A stretch of 64,000 nucleotides of DNA from Syncephalis fuscata S228. Lineage: Eukaryota > Fungi > Zoopagomycota. A program made the translations under genes and the position numbers. The notes below the pieces were generated by a model. It saw nothing but the letters and a program-made list of their open reading frames with translations, had not been told where the DNA came from and ran no database searches. The stretch is taken from assembly GCA_025786725.1 (NCBI GenBank), contig JAHLTZ010000038.1, positions 62,001 to 126,000 of the forward strand, read 5' to 3'. Of the stretch, positions 28,128 to 41,811 are shown in pieces. Position 1 is the stretch's first letter. Each line of letters starts with the position of its first letter.

Positions 28128-29813
28128 ATGGACACCACAGAATTGCACTGTTCAACGTGTCGGAGTGATTTTGCGTCAAAGGAAGACTTCTGGAGACACA
28201 GCTGTCGTGAGCATGTAGAGACAATCAATGTGTAAAAAACGAAGGTATGCATTGCATTTTATGCTGTATAAATCAATTTAACTAAATATATTTTATGATA
28301 GAACTTTTTTGTCTGTAAAAAACAAAATAATGTTTTAAATGCTTATTTGCAAATTGTACTAGCAATTACACTTTACTGACACGTTTAAAAAACATGTCAA
28401 TCAAAAGCATGACCCTGGTTTCAGCTATTTGCACGATGAAAATGACAAGGCCCATGTTGAAGTTGAGCGTTCATACGAGGATGGTTATACGCCGACAAAT
28501 TTTGAAGACACTGATGAGAATGCATTCTTGCTTAACGTAAAAAAGCAAAATATTCAGGAGGAGTTATACTCCACACATACTCCTACCGCGCCACCAGCGG
28601 ATGAACCGCTCCATACGACGATGAAGTTCTTGCTGCATGTGACGCTCTTCAAGCGTTCTCAAAAAACCAAAAGCAGACAAAAATGTGGCCTGTATTGGCA
28701 GGTTGCATCCTCTGTCACTCGCAACTGGAATGGGCACACCTTTCACGTGCTGGCAGGTGCGGAAACTGTCTTACAAATCGTCTCTGCTCAGCCGCAAGGG
28801 AGATTTAGCGCATCATTCGCTACACCGCTACCACTAGATGCCAGCCTTAATGATAGCAAGATAACAAAAAGTTGGCTGTGTTATTGCCTAAAAAATGGAC
28901 TGTTTGGCGAAATGTTGAAGCAGCGTGACATTATTGAAATGAGTCGCGAAATAGCTAAACATTTACAAAAGAACTGGCTGCTTTGACCTCAAATGCGCTA
29001 TGTGACAGCGCAGCTATTCAGCAATGCCATACTTATTGAAAATACGCAAATCTTACTGATCAACTGTGTGAAAGTATATGACGCTTAAATTCGACTGATT
29101 TACAATACGATTATTACCGCAATCGCCATCTTTCCCAAATAATTTCGGCGCTAATTATAAAGGTTTTAAAGTTGTAATCACTAAATGTGGTCATTCAGAA
29201 AGCTGCTGATTGAAACACATTTATCCAATATTCATGTGACATCAAATGTTTTATTAAAAAATGATCAGCAAAAGATACAGGCTGGACCCAATACAAATGG
29301 TGTTAATTTAAATAACCTGTGGATCTACCTGGACCCTGAGTGTATTAAAAATTAAATCGTCTTTACGAAGGAGACAAAAAGTGTTGTTGCATTGATAGCC
29401 GTGATACCATAGCACAGCTGCGCCAAACCCAGTCGAAATTTCATTGCCTTTCAACGTATGCACTTTGCCGTGCAAGCTCATCAACAACCGATACCAATAC
29501 TTGCCGCCCTTTTACGATTTAAACATTGGCATACCATAAAAGTTGCCAAATAACGGAGTCAATAACAAATTCATAGTTGTTTCAAATAATTGCTTTAGCC
29601 ATCATTAAAGATGGATGAGATGCCAAACTTTTAAGATCTGAAGTACAAAGCATTGTAGATCAGTGCAAAGAAAACAATGCCTCAGACTGATGAAGCTCGT
29701 TAGTAAACTATTCGACGACCAAAATCAATTTCGATCATCGGAAACAGCAAGCTGAATACTTGTTTACAAAATTTGACAAATATTCTTACAGCAAATTTAA
29801 ATCATGTAAATAA
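28128..29813 (+). pseudogene. Decayed gene for a C2H2 zinc-finger protein with a long C-terminal region of unknown family
   Basis: CSTCRSDFASKEDFWRHSCREH; second finger CLFANC...KHVNQKH; intron gtatgc...atag. In-frame stops (TAA 28233, TGA 28984) have coding-like sequence continuing afterwards, plus several frameshifts. Confidence 0.65.
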
Positions 29814-29960
29814 GACAGTAAAGCATGGGCTGTCTATTATATTTCAAAACAATTAATATAGCAACACTACACAGTTGACAGCAATATAAATTGTCTGTTT
29901 AGTTATGTAATTTGTTTTAAATTCATTATATTGATAATAAACAATTTATTAATAACTTTG

Positions 29961-30300
29961 TGATTTAGTGATCAAATGCTATATTGATTATTCACGCATT
30001 TAAACTAAACATCCGCTCTATTGAACATGATGATGATAGTGGGTGACATCAATCATCAACTATTCATCGCCATATATCTTCTATCCATCCATATCATTTT
30101 ATTATATTAGATGCACTCTATTTGTTGTATACTTGACACACTTTATTCGCTTCACTCGTTGATCTATATACATTATAGATTTATTATCACTATTTGTATC
30201 TTTTTTAATGTATACTGTTTTATTGCATATCAATCATGCGCTATTCATAACTGTTGTTTGTTTGCCGCCAACTTTATTTGTTACAGAACTCAGTTTATTT
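29961..30300 (+). repeat. Solo arm of the inverted-repeat family (subfamily shared with 20.4-20.8 kb)
   Basis: tgatttagtgatcaaatgcta...ctctattgaacatgatgatg...gtgacatcaatcatcaa; cttctatccatccatatcatt is the reverse complement of about 20630-20650. Confidence 0.7.
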
Positions 30301-32684
30301 TGTTCATGACGCATAAGTGTATACACAATAACTACATTACTGCTCATGTTCTTCTCACTGCCCATTACTGCTAATGTATCATAATGACATATAATGGTTT
30401 ATTACCATAATATAGATAACAAACAACAACATGATGTTTGTGCATTACAGGTAGTGTATACCGTATATCGTAGAATAGCCATAAAGTGTTTTATAGTTAA
30501 TTAAACACTAAAAACAATTGTAGACACAATGTAATAAAACAGTCGACATCATTGTCTTATCACTATTCTAATTACATCATATAAACTTGGCAAATATAAA
30601 GTATTTTAACGGCACTTGGATGAATTGTATTAGTATACATGTATATTCCATTAAGGTTTGTTATAACTACCAATTGAAACTTGATTCCAATTAGTTGGTT
30701 TGTATACTGTAGAATAACCAGTGCTGATTTAAAATAAAACTGTAATTGGCATTACTAAACGAATAGAGCTGCCTAGTATGTTATGTATGTCATTTTAACC
30801 TATAACATATTCACGCTTAATCGGTTGAATCCTGTAACACGAATGCTATTCGTCAGTTTATCACATTGTAAAGATACTGCTAATAATGATGTTATTCAAT
30901 ATGAGCAATAGCAATAATGATTATTTGTATCACGGATGTAAAGAATGGTGTTTAAATAAAAGCATGGCTGTTGAATATTACACAAGTAGTTATTTATACG
31001 GAAGAATAACTGCATAGTACATTGGTCTTAGACGGTTTCAGGTGAGTCATGTTTTATTGCAAAAATTCGTAATCGTCACAATATAAGCCGGCCTTGCTGC
31101 TTTTGAACCAAGCATTATGTTTTTATCTCCTCTTGCTATTCTTTGTCGCTCGATATGACCTACGCCCCTTTCTCTTACCGCTGTTTGTTGCTCGATATGC
31201 TTATCATTTTTTAAATGTCCGATAATTACAAGACCGCAGCAACTTACTGTTTTATATGCTTAAGTTTAGTAAATGAGCGTGTGAGGAGCAATGCGGTTGT
31301 GTTCTTTGGCTATGTGAGCACCATTAGATATATAGTAAACTAGACACTATATGATTTGGCAGCATGCATTCCAACATGCTGTATACGGTGTTAGACTGCA
31401 CATAGCCAATAGGCCTTCTGTTCAGTGATATGGCGTTTGCTGTGTGTTTGTTTGTGGTAATTGCATTGCTAAGTATTTGGTGTATGGGCAGTAAAGATCT
31501 TTAGATATCGCCTATAACTAAATTGACTTGGATGTGGTGGTAGGATTAGTTGCTGTTTATATAACAGTCACTAGCTTGACCCTGTACGAACGTACATAGT
31601 GTTGCATATGGATAACGTATGCGATAGAGCCAGTGCGGTTGTGCGGGATGAGAGTAGTGGTTTGTGCGGCTGGTTGAATAGTCTACCGCCGTAGTCCGGG
31701 CTGAGCTTCTGCTTGTGACGGTACAGTGATATTACGGTTTGGTGCTATGACCAACAGTTATTTCGGATGCTTAGCAATGTGATTATGCGGCAAGCATAAT
31801 TGCTATAGTTTATTTACATGATCGTTTGCTAATGTCACTTTTAATAGATATAGATTCCAGGCATGGTTATATTCAGCAAGCATAGAATTGCAATACATCG
31901 TTTAGTCACTATTCTGCACCATTATCATTATACATGTGTATTTTTATGAATAAATAAAGTTATTTTGCAAAAAGTGGGCAAATATGCAAAATGGCTAGTA
32001 CCTGAAAATAAACTCGGGCATGGTAGCACAATGGAAAAAAGATTATACGTTAAAGTTTGCAAATGCACCTTAAAATAATTGAACAACATGCAAGGGCTGT
32101 GCAGCTCATGTAACAGTTTGATAATTAAATGCAACGAATGACAAAGAAATAAATAAGCATGCAGGAAATAAAGTGGTGTAATACTACTGATTAGCATATA
32201 ATTTACGCAATGTTGCGCGTATCGCTTGCTATGTTAACCAGATACTCAATATCAATTTAGTGAGTCATCCATCCGGAACAGCAATTGTGTAAAGAAAGTA
32301 AGACCAGTTTCACCTATACAAAATCGTCATTATGGCAGCAGCATGTTATGTGTATTGCTGTCGCGGCGACTTTAACGCCATTAATATTACAGCGCCGATT
32401 AATTGATTAGTTCACAACAATCGGACCTTTAATAAATAAAATAAAGTATGTTTAGTCTTGCTGGCAACTTAACGCGTTTGTATGCAGTTTTAGTGTATAT
32501 TATTCATAAATAGATCAATAGCAATACTCGCTGTATTCCGATAGACATCTGTAACTGTGTAACTAGTGCATTGTGAAAAGAGCAAACTAGCCAGCAGTCG
32601 TATGTGACCTTCCTTTTTATTCGCGGCTGCTGCGTATTTTCATTGTTGCATAGCAGATTCATATTGAAGCTATTGCCATTGAAT

Positions 32685-34630
32685 ATGCCATCGAATACAA
32701 ATAGCTACCGTTTTTTTGAACACCATGACGTCGTGCTCTACATGCGGCGTTTTATGGATGATAAAGAGGTAGTCCTCCTTGCAAGTACTTGTCGTCTTCT
32801 GTATCAGACGATGGCCAATCGTCCCGACTATTGGAAGCGACAGTACAGACGAACGTTTTCATTAGGCGATCCAAGGGAACAAGAGTGGATCAAATGGTAC
32901 AATTGGAATATGAATGCCATACCAAACTCTACTCCTTCATCGTCTACCTCTAGTCTTGAGCCTGCGTCATGGTTTCAAGCCTACCAGCGACGCCAACAGG
33001 TTGATCGCAACCTAATGGCAGGCCAATTCGAAAGAAGAAACTGCCAACTACCGGTCGATAAATGTGATCAACTGAAATTGGTTGATTTAAATCCTTGGCA
33101 TGTGCTAGTACAAGACAAAGAAGCATCGAAAATATGGTCTATTCAGCATGGCTGTTTTGGCGAAGATGATGAACACAGCAACGAAGAACTGGCCTGCAAT
33201 GAGCTGACCATTCCTTTGTCGCCATTTATATCTACCGGCCAATTCCGAATCATGAATCCCCATGGAACACAGCGGTTTGTTGTGGCCAATGTTTTCATAG
33301 ACACATATGAAGATTTAGCTTCTATTTACGCGTGCAATCCAATAAGTAAGTATTAATAATAATTTAATTAGAATACTAAATATTTATTAATGTTATTACA
33401 ATAGTGAGTATTGATGAAATAGAAGCACCACACATAAAAAAAACTGAACTAAAATATTCAACTGTTTTGAATGAACGCTTTCCTATTGCTTCGTCGACTG
33501 AATCTTCGGAAAAACGAGAAAGCTGGACGCGGAGGGCCGTTTTAGTATGGTCTGTTACTGACTGCTCATTCCCGAAAGTTATTCAACTTCAACACGAACA
33601 TGAATATCAGCAACAAGGAGAAAAACTAGGCTTTGTCGACATTTATAACGAATGGATCCTGTTTCGCACCATCAATATAGAAGAAAATTATCATCGATTC
33701 GATTTATTCGACCTAAATGGCAGTCGATGGGTACGAGGTCCAGCAGTGGACAATAACATTTCACGCGCCTGCATTCAGTTTGCTTCTCTCGACCAATGCC
33801 AGTTTTTAACATGCTCAATAATGCCCGATCTTGTAGAAGATGACACTGCTTCTACGGTCGCTGAAATTCAATATTCCGAAACTATTGACAGTGACCATGA
33901 AAGAGCGTACATTCGATGGAAGCTTTTTAATACTCAGAAAGGCCAATTGCAGCGCAAAGCAATATCATTGGGTCAAATCGCCATTCGTCATTATCCAGAC
34001 GCCACGATCAAGGTTGAAATGTATACAAATAAGGCATGTTTAATCATTGTAAGTAGTCACCATCCAAAATATGCCACTTTACTATTATTGCTCGTATTCG
34101 GAAAGTCTGTATCGGACGATGTGCCAGAGTCAATATTCGAGTCTAGTAATTACTGCCAATCACTGCCAATTGATAACTCTGAACAAGGCCGTTTGGAATG
34201 GCATCGGTATATAGATACCAACAATATTACCAAACTATTCAGCAAAAAATTGATTATTGTCGATGCTGGTAGAAATTATAATGTATTGGATGCTTGCAAT
34301 GGAAATATGCTGCTTTTAATTTTTTATCCATTCCACGAAAGACTTGCGCCTTTCCTTGGGCCTTTATGTGCCATGGTCGGCAACAAGATAGAGAAAATTT
34401 GGTTTACTGATATGAAAACCCGCCAGTATTACGAAGCACCGCCATGCCTTACTGGCAGACGAGTTCGTGACGCCAGTGCTACAACTCGAGGTCTTGTTAG
34501 AGTAGAAACTAGCAACTTTCCAGGTTTTGAAATAGAGCCTGAATGGTCGAACTATCATATATCAAGTGCCGTCTTTGGTCGAATTGCCAAGGAAGAAGGC
34601 AATGTTGTCTACAAAGCTTATATGTTATAA
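32685..34630 (+). CDS. F-box-like protein with a divergent C-terminal region (2 exons)
   Basis: N-terminal HDVVLYMRRFMDDKEVVLLASTCRLLYQ..YWKRQY and post-F-box WFQAYQRRQQVDRNLMAG pattern. A single intron at 33346-33404 joins the two ORFs in frame. Confidence 0.72.
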
Positions 34631-34776
34631 AGAGCTTTAATTGCAAACTCTTATTGTAAATAAAATTTGTATTACATCTATTGAATATCCAAATTGAATA
34701 GTCCATTAAGTATGCAAAAGTAATACCATAATAATAATGATATTTTTATTAGCAGTTTATTGGACACTTAGTGTAA

Positions 34777-35754
34777 TTGGGGCAAATGAATAAACTTGAT
34801 AACACTCGCGTAATTGAACTACACATTTAATCTATTGAACATGGAGACAAGTGGCAAGTTTTATTTAATCGTCACATCATCACATTTATTGTTTGCTTGG
34901 TGGTTAAATGACTAACATTTAATAACATTCAACCTATTGAACATGGTGGTGGATGGTGAGTGACATCAGTTATCAAATACTCGTCATAGTAGATTTATTA
35001 TCCAGTATGCATATATCACCACAGTATGCGTTATTGCTATATATACCCATCACTTTGCTTGATTGACATTAAACCATAACTAGTTAGCATGATCTAGTTT
35101 ATTTATAAATAATCTTAATAAAACATAACTTCGTTCACACTCATGTTGTTTGTTCTACTAATATAACTCAGTGAACAAACTAAGTGCAATATGTCAATTT
35201 TATTAATAAAAAGTTGGAACCATACCGACAACGGTTATAGACAGCGTATGGCCAATATATAATAAAATGATAAACGTTATAATGAATATGCAATATTGAA
35301 CGAGATTAGCAATGTTCAAGCTAATGAGCATATATGCATGAGCAGAGGACCGACATTAGACGAATTTATTAATAACAAAGCTAAAACAAAAATAAAAGTA
35401 GTTTTGGGTAGAGGAAGACTATGCGAGTATAGAATGATATATAAAATGATAAATGTATGGAAAGAAAGTATAAAACGATGTTGAAGTTACAGTGCATATA
35501 ATGCAATGAGTGGAATGAGTGGAGTGTATTAGAACACATAAACAGTAGAATGTGTCTAGTATATCATTATATGATATATAGTAGTATGGAATAGAATTGG
35601 AATAATATAACGACTAAGGATATATGTGTACCGGGTATATGCATATTGGATAATAAATCTATGATGATGAGTATTTTGGACCCTGATGTGAATTACTCCT
35701 AGTTTCATGTTCAATAGATTGGTTGTTATTAAATGTTAGTCACTTGACCACCAA
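34777..35754. mobile_element. Inverted-repeat element copy 3 (same core orientation as copy 2) with the extra outer module on the left
   Basis: Extra module 34777-34896, arms 34897-35015 and 35637-35754, core near-identical to copies 1 and 2. Confidence 0.88.
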
Positions 35755-36449
35755 AAAAACAATAAGTTTTAATAAAATGTCATAAAAATATTATATTATA
35801 TTAATAAAAATACGGGCCATGGCAAAAAGAAAAGCTGTTTAAATTCCAGTTTACATATACATCTTTAGCATAAGTAAATAAAGTCGAAATAATATCGAGT
35901 AGAGTGCATAATTTACGTTGACTCAAGTTTCCAGCAGTGATCATATTAGATTGCTGAACAATTATTAATATGTTGATTTTTACGGCCTATGCATGTTAGT
36001 ACAGTATGCATAAGCACAATTTTAGCAGACATTCATCAATGTATGTTGTTCCGTATTAGCAAGTGTTCAGTAAAAAACAATGATATTTACCTTTATAATG
36101 GTCACTACGTCGTTTTGTTGCTAAATTTAAATAAATACCTATAGCATTCAACGTCCACATACAATCATAGCAAAACAACTGCACCAGGAACGGCTTACTT
36201 GATGTATGTTGATGACCTAGACTCCCACCCATCAGTGCTGGTCTATATGGTCTTCAGCTATCATAATCACGATGCGCTGTGGCTGCTGTTTTGTCGTTGC
36301 TTATAACACAAGCAATATCAGAAAACTACTCAACCAAACGACATACATGATTAGATAAACAGAAACGAACAACCAATAGCACTGACCACTTACCCACGTC
36401 TAGGCCATCTACATACAAACAAGAAATCTAGAATACAACAATGACAGCG

Positions 36450-37619
36450 CAATAGCACACTGTTACAACACAAAACAGCCAACACAGCTGCACCACCATT
36501 CTAGACAGTTAAAGACAACAGCTTAGATAGTAAAAACATTATAACACTTTAAACCAAAGCTGTGCCAATAAATGTACTTTAACCGTTAAAAACAATGATG
36601 CCACTATGATGGCTGTCTAGCATTGCCCGCAAACAAGGAGTGCTGATATACATAATGCTCACCTGAGCGTATACATACAAACACCACCATACAATACACA
36701 GTGGTCTACAACATAGATCAAAATGCTTTAGCATCGTGCTGTCGATCTTCGCACTGTGGTTGATTCGACCATTTTACTTGCTTTAAACAAGTTAAATATG
36801 CCAAGCAGCTGTATATTGTATGGCTTCACAAGCAAGCAGTTTACAGTGCGCCATATAAATATTTGAATAATACTTAACATTACAGTCTACGAATGTATAA
36901 AATAACGGAATATGGTTAATAGCTAAAGAATAAATGTAAAATCAAAAAAAATAAGATTACAAATATTAACAGAGTATACGCATTTATCAATATACATTAT
37001 TTAGTATTAGTAACTAATCAATATCATGCATTAGTATTTACCTTTACAATGACCATTATGTTGTTTTGCTGATGAATTTAAATAAACATCTAATAACATG
37101 CAACAGTCCAAATACAAACATGATGAAGCGGCAACGGCAAACAGACAACTTAAAATACAATAGCACACTGTTACAACACAAAACAGCCAACACAGCTGCA
37201 CCACCATTCTAGACAGTTAAAGACAACAGCTTAGATAGTAAAAACATTATAACACTTTAAACCAAAGCTGTGCCAATAAATGTACTTTAACCGTTAAAAA
37301 CAATGATGCCACTATGATGGCTGTCTAGCATTGCCCGCAAACAAGGAGTGCTGATATACATAATGCTCACCTGAGCGTATACATACAAACACCACCATAC
37401 AATACACAGTGGTCTACAGCATAGATCAAAATGCTTTAGCATCGTGCTGTCGATCAGTTCACTGGGACTGGTTTGACTATTCCATTTGCTTTATACAAGT
37501 TAAATATGCCAAGCAGTTGTATAGTGTATGGCTTCACAAGCAAGCAGTTTACAGTGCGCCATATAAATATTTGAATAATACTTAGCATTACAGTCTACGA
37601 ATGTATAAAATAACGGAAT
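36450..37619. repeat. 462-bp direct repeat pair (36450-36911 and 37158-37619; period 708 bp)
   Basis: The first ~300 bp are essentially identical, with a cluster of mismatches near 36748-36775. More diverged similarity also lies upstream (36083-36170 versus 37035-37125). Confidence 0.92.
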
Positions 37620-39084
37620 GTGTTTAGTAATTAGTTAAAGAATAGTGTAGAAATAGAAGGCGTAGTTGAGGTTGTGGATTCAGTGAGTAATGCAAGTGCT
37701 TTATATAGGCCATTGTATGTATTAGTGTGAAAGCAGGCATGTAATACCATCCAATGAATTGAATCCATCGGCCACAATGAGACAGACAAAAAAGCGGAAT
37801 AAACCGGCTTAAAGAAGGGAATGCTGTGTGATATCGTGTAGCGTACATGGCTAACTCACTAAGAAAGCACGTCATTATAAGACAGAGTGCCACTTTATCC
37901 AATTGAACCGTGCGATGGTTCGGCGAAACAAAAAATGTTCGAATGCGGATGTAGAGCTTACTGGAAAATTGCTCAGTGTGTGTGGACAGGCAATGCCGAT
38001 ACGAGTTGCCTATCATGGTAGTACAATCGCGGAACTAACTGAATCAGGGTAGCTGCTTTTGAATCGGGGTAACACCTTTTTTTAATGAGCGTGCATATAC
38101 TAGTGCCAGCAAATATACAAGCTAACTAGAAAGATTAGCACACTGTGTGTATTGTGTATTAAAATTTAAAAACAATTATGCTATTTATAACATCATCAGT
38201 TGATGAATATGCATGATCAACTTAAAATTAATTAATACCTGACATATTAACCGGTATTTAGTAACCTTAAATAAAACCAAACACTTTGTTTTTCATAAAC
38301 CAAATTTCTGGGGTTTTTTCAAAGTTGCGTTCCTGAGTGCGTGTAACCGTCCATTTACGGACAGTTTCATCCAGATGACGACTTTCTTTGTCAAAAAGCC
38401 GAACTGTTTAAATCGGAGTTTAAATTGCACTAATGTTGCAACATTGTCCATATTCATGACCGCTTTATCGTACACCACCAATAGTATATGTTTATATAAC
38501 TTCATATAAGCATTCTGCCACATTGTGGCTACAAAATGAGCCTAATAAACACTATTTAATATTCAAATGGGCTGTTGTCTCGTATTGCTTATATCTGCAA
38601 CATTTCATAAAATTGTTTGGTATTCAAACTCTAATGCAAATAATTCATCATTGGTGCGCAGATGATAGTTAGAATGTTGAGACCGGAAGTGGGTAAATTG
38701 CGCTAGTGTATGTGCGCGCACTGTTCGTATCCTAATTGGTCGATGGCGTTATCGCGAACAAAACCGCAAGTCCAGCTATCAGTAGCTTGGTGGTGTATGT
38801 TTCATATACTAGCCAATTAAAATTTTAAAATACATTAGTGCTTTTAATCAGAGTTACGCGAATATTGCTCTCGCAAATATGCCATGAGTCACAGGCAGCG
38901 TTTGCCAGCGTAGCGATATTATCAAAAATAAAGCGTGTGCGTCAGTTGAAATCATATAATACTGTATACGCATTTTCATCTTTGCAAAGACATTGTACTT
39001 GCTTTATCATAGTGTACTTACATTCTGCCTTTATCTTGCAGTATTTGAACAATCTTTGAATATCTAAAATCACACATAAACACT

Positions 39085-41811
39085 ATGGATAGCTTAGCAA
39101 ATCCATTTCTTTCTACAGCCGCTACTTCAGATGCGGCTAGTTCTTTTTCATCCTCATCCTCGCCAGCATCATCATTTTTTTTATCCGAGTTAAACGTAGT
39201 TGAACCAACTACACATTCTACTGCTGAAGATGATTCCAATAAGTTATCTTCGGCAGTTCAAGTGACAAACACGGCTCGTATACCTGCTCTTGCTTTGCCG
39301 TTTGCCACATCAAACGATGCTGTAGAAGGCATACATGAGAAGCTTCCTGCGGCATGGTCGCAATTGAGCGAAGCAGAGCGTTTAGAGGTAGTGGGCTGGG
39401 TAGAAACATTTGACAAAGATAGAACAGGTAAGTGGATATATTGCCAATGAATAATTTAAAATAATCATTTATTCAAAGAGTATTTGTTAAAAAAAGACGA
39501 GATATGCATCCTTGGGCAAAACACGGCAAAGTAAGTTGTACGATGTGTGGTAGTAGTGTTTATTGTTATAATACTGTGGCACATTGCTGCATAAGAGATG
39601 TGGAGACACTAAATAATTGATTATTTAGTCTACACATGATATCAATGAATCATATTGTATAAATTTATTAATATAATTTTTGTGCTATTTAGCAAATGTG
39701 ACAAACAAAAGGAATATCAAAACGGGTGGTTTTCGGTATTTATAGTAAGTATCACGCAAATTTGTGCTAAAATGGCAGTAATAACAATGATAATGTATAT
39801 TTAGATTAATGATCTTCTAATGATCTCAGTAAGTATTCATCATAATAGTTAATAATAATGCTAATTGTGTAATTAGAATTTCATGACCAAGGATATACTG
39901 GTTAAATAGCAATTATTAAAATTATTAAAATGCTAATTATATATTCAGTAAATGGTGTTGCTGTTTCACCCAACATCACATGCACCATTGAGAATAAAAG
40001 TTTTATAAATCCTGTTGGATTTAACGGTAAGTTTCATCAACATATAGTAATCAAACTAATCAGCAATAGCAGTATGCTACATTGCATACAAAGTTGAAAG
40101 TTTAACGCTAAGAACCGACGATCAAAGCCATGATTTCGACGTCGTAAGTCATTAATATTACAGTAACGCTAATTATAACAACTAACACAATTATAGGTCA
40201 TTAACAGTCGATATGCCGTCACAACTCAGCAGCTTGGCGCGTAAGTATTTATTATTTAAATTATATTGTTTCTAACTCCAATTTAGTGGCGGCTTTGGCG
40301 AGGTTTATTACGGCGAGACGCGCTGTAATAAAATGCCTATTGCTGCCAAAATATCTAAAAAGCAGAAGGCCAAAGGCGCAGCAAATAATGGTCATTTCAA
40401 TATCTTTGATGAAGAAAAAGATATGATCATTGCAGCACAAGAACATTCAAGTATTATCAAACTAGTTGGTGCACACAACACAGAATTGCACAGCTATTTG
40501 ATACTTGAATATTTAAATGGTGGCAACTTGTTCAATTATTGCACGTGCCATGGCCCATTACCCGAACAAGAGGCCAAATACATATTTCAACAAATATTAA
40601 ATGGTGTTAAAGTAAGCAATAATTTTAATTAATAATCGTTACTAACGTCGAACTAGCATCTTCACGATAGAAACATTGTACATTTGGGTAAGTTAAAAAC
40701 AGTGTTTATTTACATAATTAACAAATTTATTATTGCTATTGCTACTATTGCTACTATTTAGATATTAAGGTAATTAACTAAATAAGGCTTAAATTTATTA
40801 TCTTTGATTCTAACCATATGCTAGCTGGAGAATATCTTACTCCGACAACATGCCAAATATCCGTCTATCGTTATTACAGATTTTGGTTTGGCGCGCAAAC
40901 TTGTCTCAAAAAATCCAACGATTAATGGCATATGTGGTACTATTGGATATATGGCACCGGACGCTATTCTTCGGTCCAAGAATAGCAACAATAATGAAAT
41001 TATACTGCAAAATAAGCGCAGTTTAAAGAATATACTATGTGGATCACAATTTACTGAGCAAGGATACGGCAAGGATGCAGACCAATGGAGCCTTGGTGTT
41101 ACATTACATGCTCTTCTGTCAAGTAAGTATTTGTAAATTGATAAGCTTGTTAATTTATTGTTTTAATTTAGATACGATGCCATATACATATGATACCAAA
41201 AACAAGTATGGAAGCTACATTATCAATGTCTTAAATAGCCCATTGGTATTTGGTGATCTTTGGAAGAGTGTATCCAAAGAAGGTAAGTATATTTTAAAAC
41301 AATGCTACAAATGAGCTAATTTTAATTTTTATAGCACGCAATTTAGTTCGCGGTCTTCTAGCCATTGATCGCAATTCACGCTTGACAGTGGAACAGGCCT
41401 TAGAGAGTGCTTGGTTTACAGAACCTTTAAAAGAATCCAGCAATCCAAAATCAATTCAAGAGACATTGGATAAAAAAGAAGAAGAAAAAGTAAAGAACGT
41501 TGAGAATGTAGATGCAAATGAAAATACAGAAGCTGAACAACAAGAAGAAGTGGCAGTAGAAAAGGAAGAGCCCGTTGAAAAGGAAGAAGAAATAGCAATA
41601 AACAGTGTCGAAGAATCAGGCAAAAATTCAATTGCATCAAACGTGGAAAGTGCAGCTCAAGACCATCTTGCTGTTCCTGTAAATCAACATGGTATTAAAC
41701 GTGCGCGTTCGTCAGATGCAAGTAGCGATCAACCTCTGTTAAAAAATAACAAAAATTGTAAGTACTTAACAGAATTATTTGCTTCGTGTACTTACTGAAC
41801 AATTGTTAGAA
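39085..41811 (+). CDS. FHA-like domain Ser/Thr protein kinase, paralog 2
   Basis: LGAGGFGEV, IAAK, LILEYLNGGNL, HLDIKLENILL (8-nt exon), DFG, GTIGYMAPD, DQWSLGV, RLTVEQAL. Intron positions largely match paralog 1. Acidic tail; stop codon T|AA split by a final intron (alternative end 41798). Confidence 0.88.

Noticed and set aside
36450-37619. LTR pair or TRIM interpretation of the direct repeats
   Set aside because: No TG...CA termini, PBS, PPT or TSD, and similarity extends upstream as a tandem duplication.
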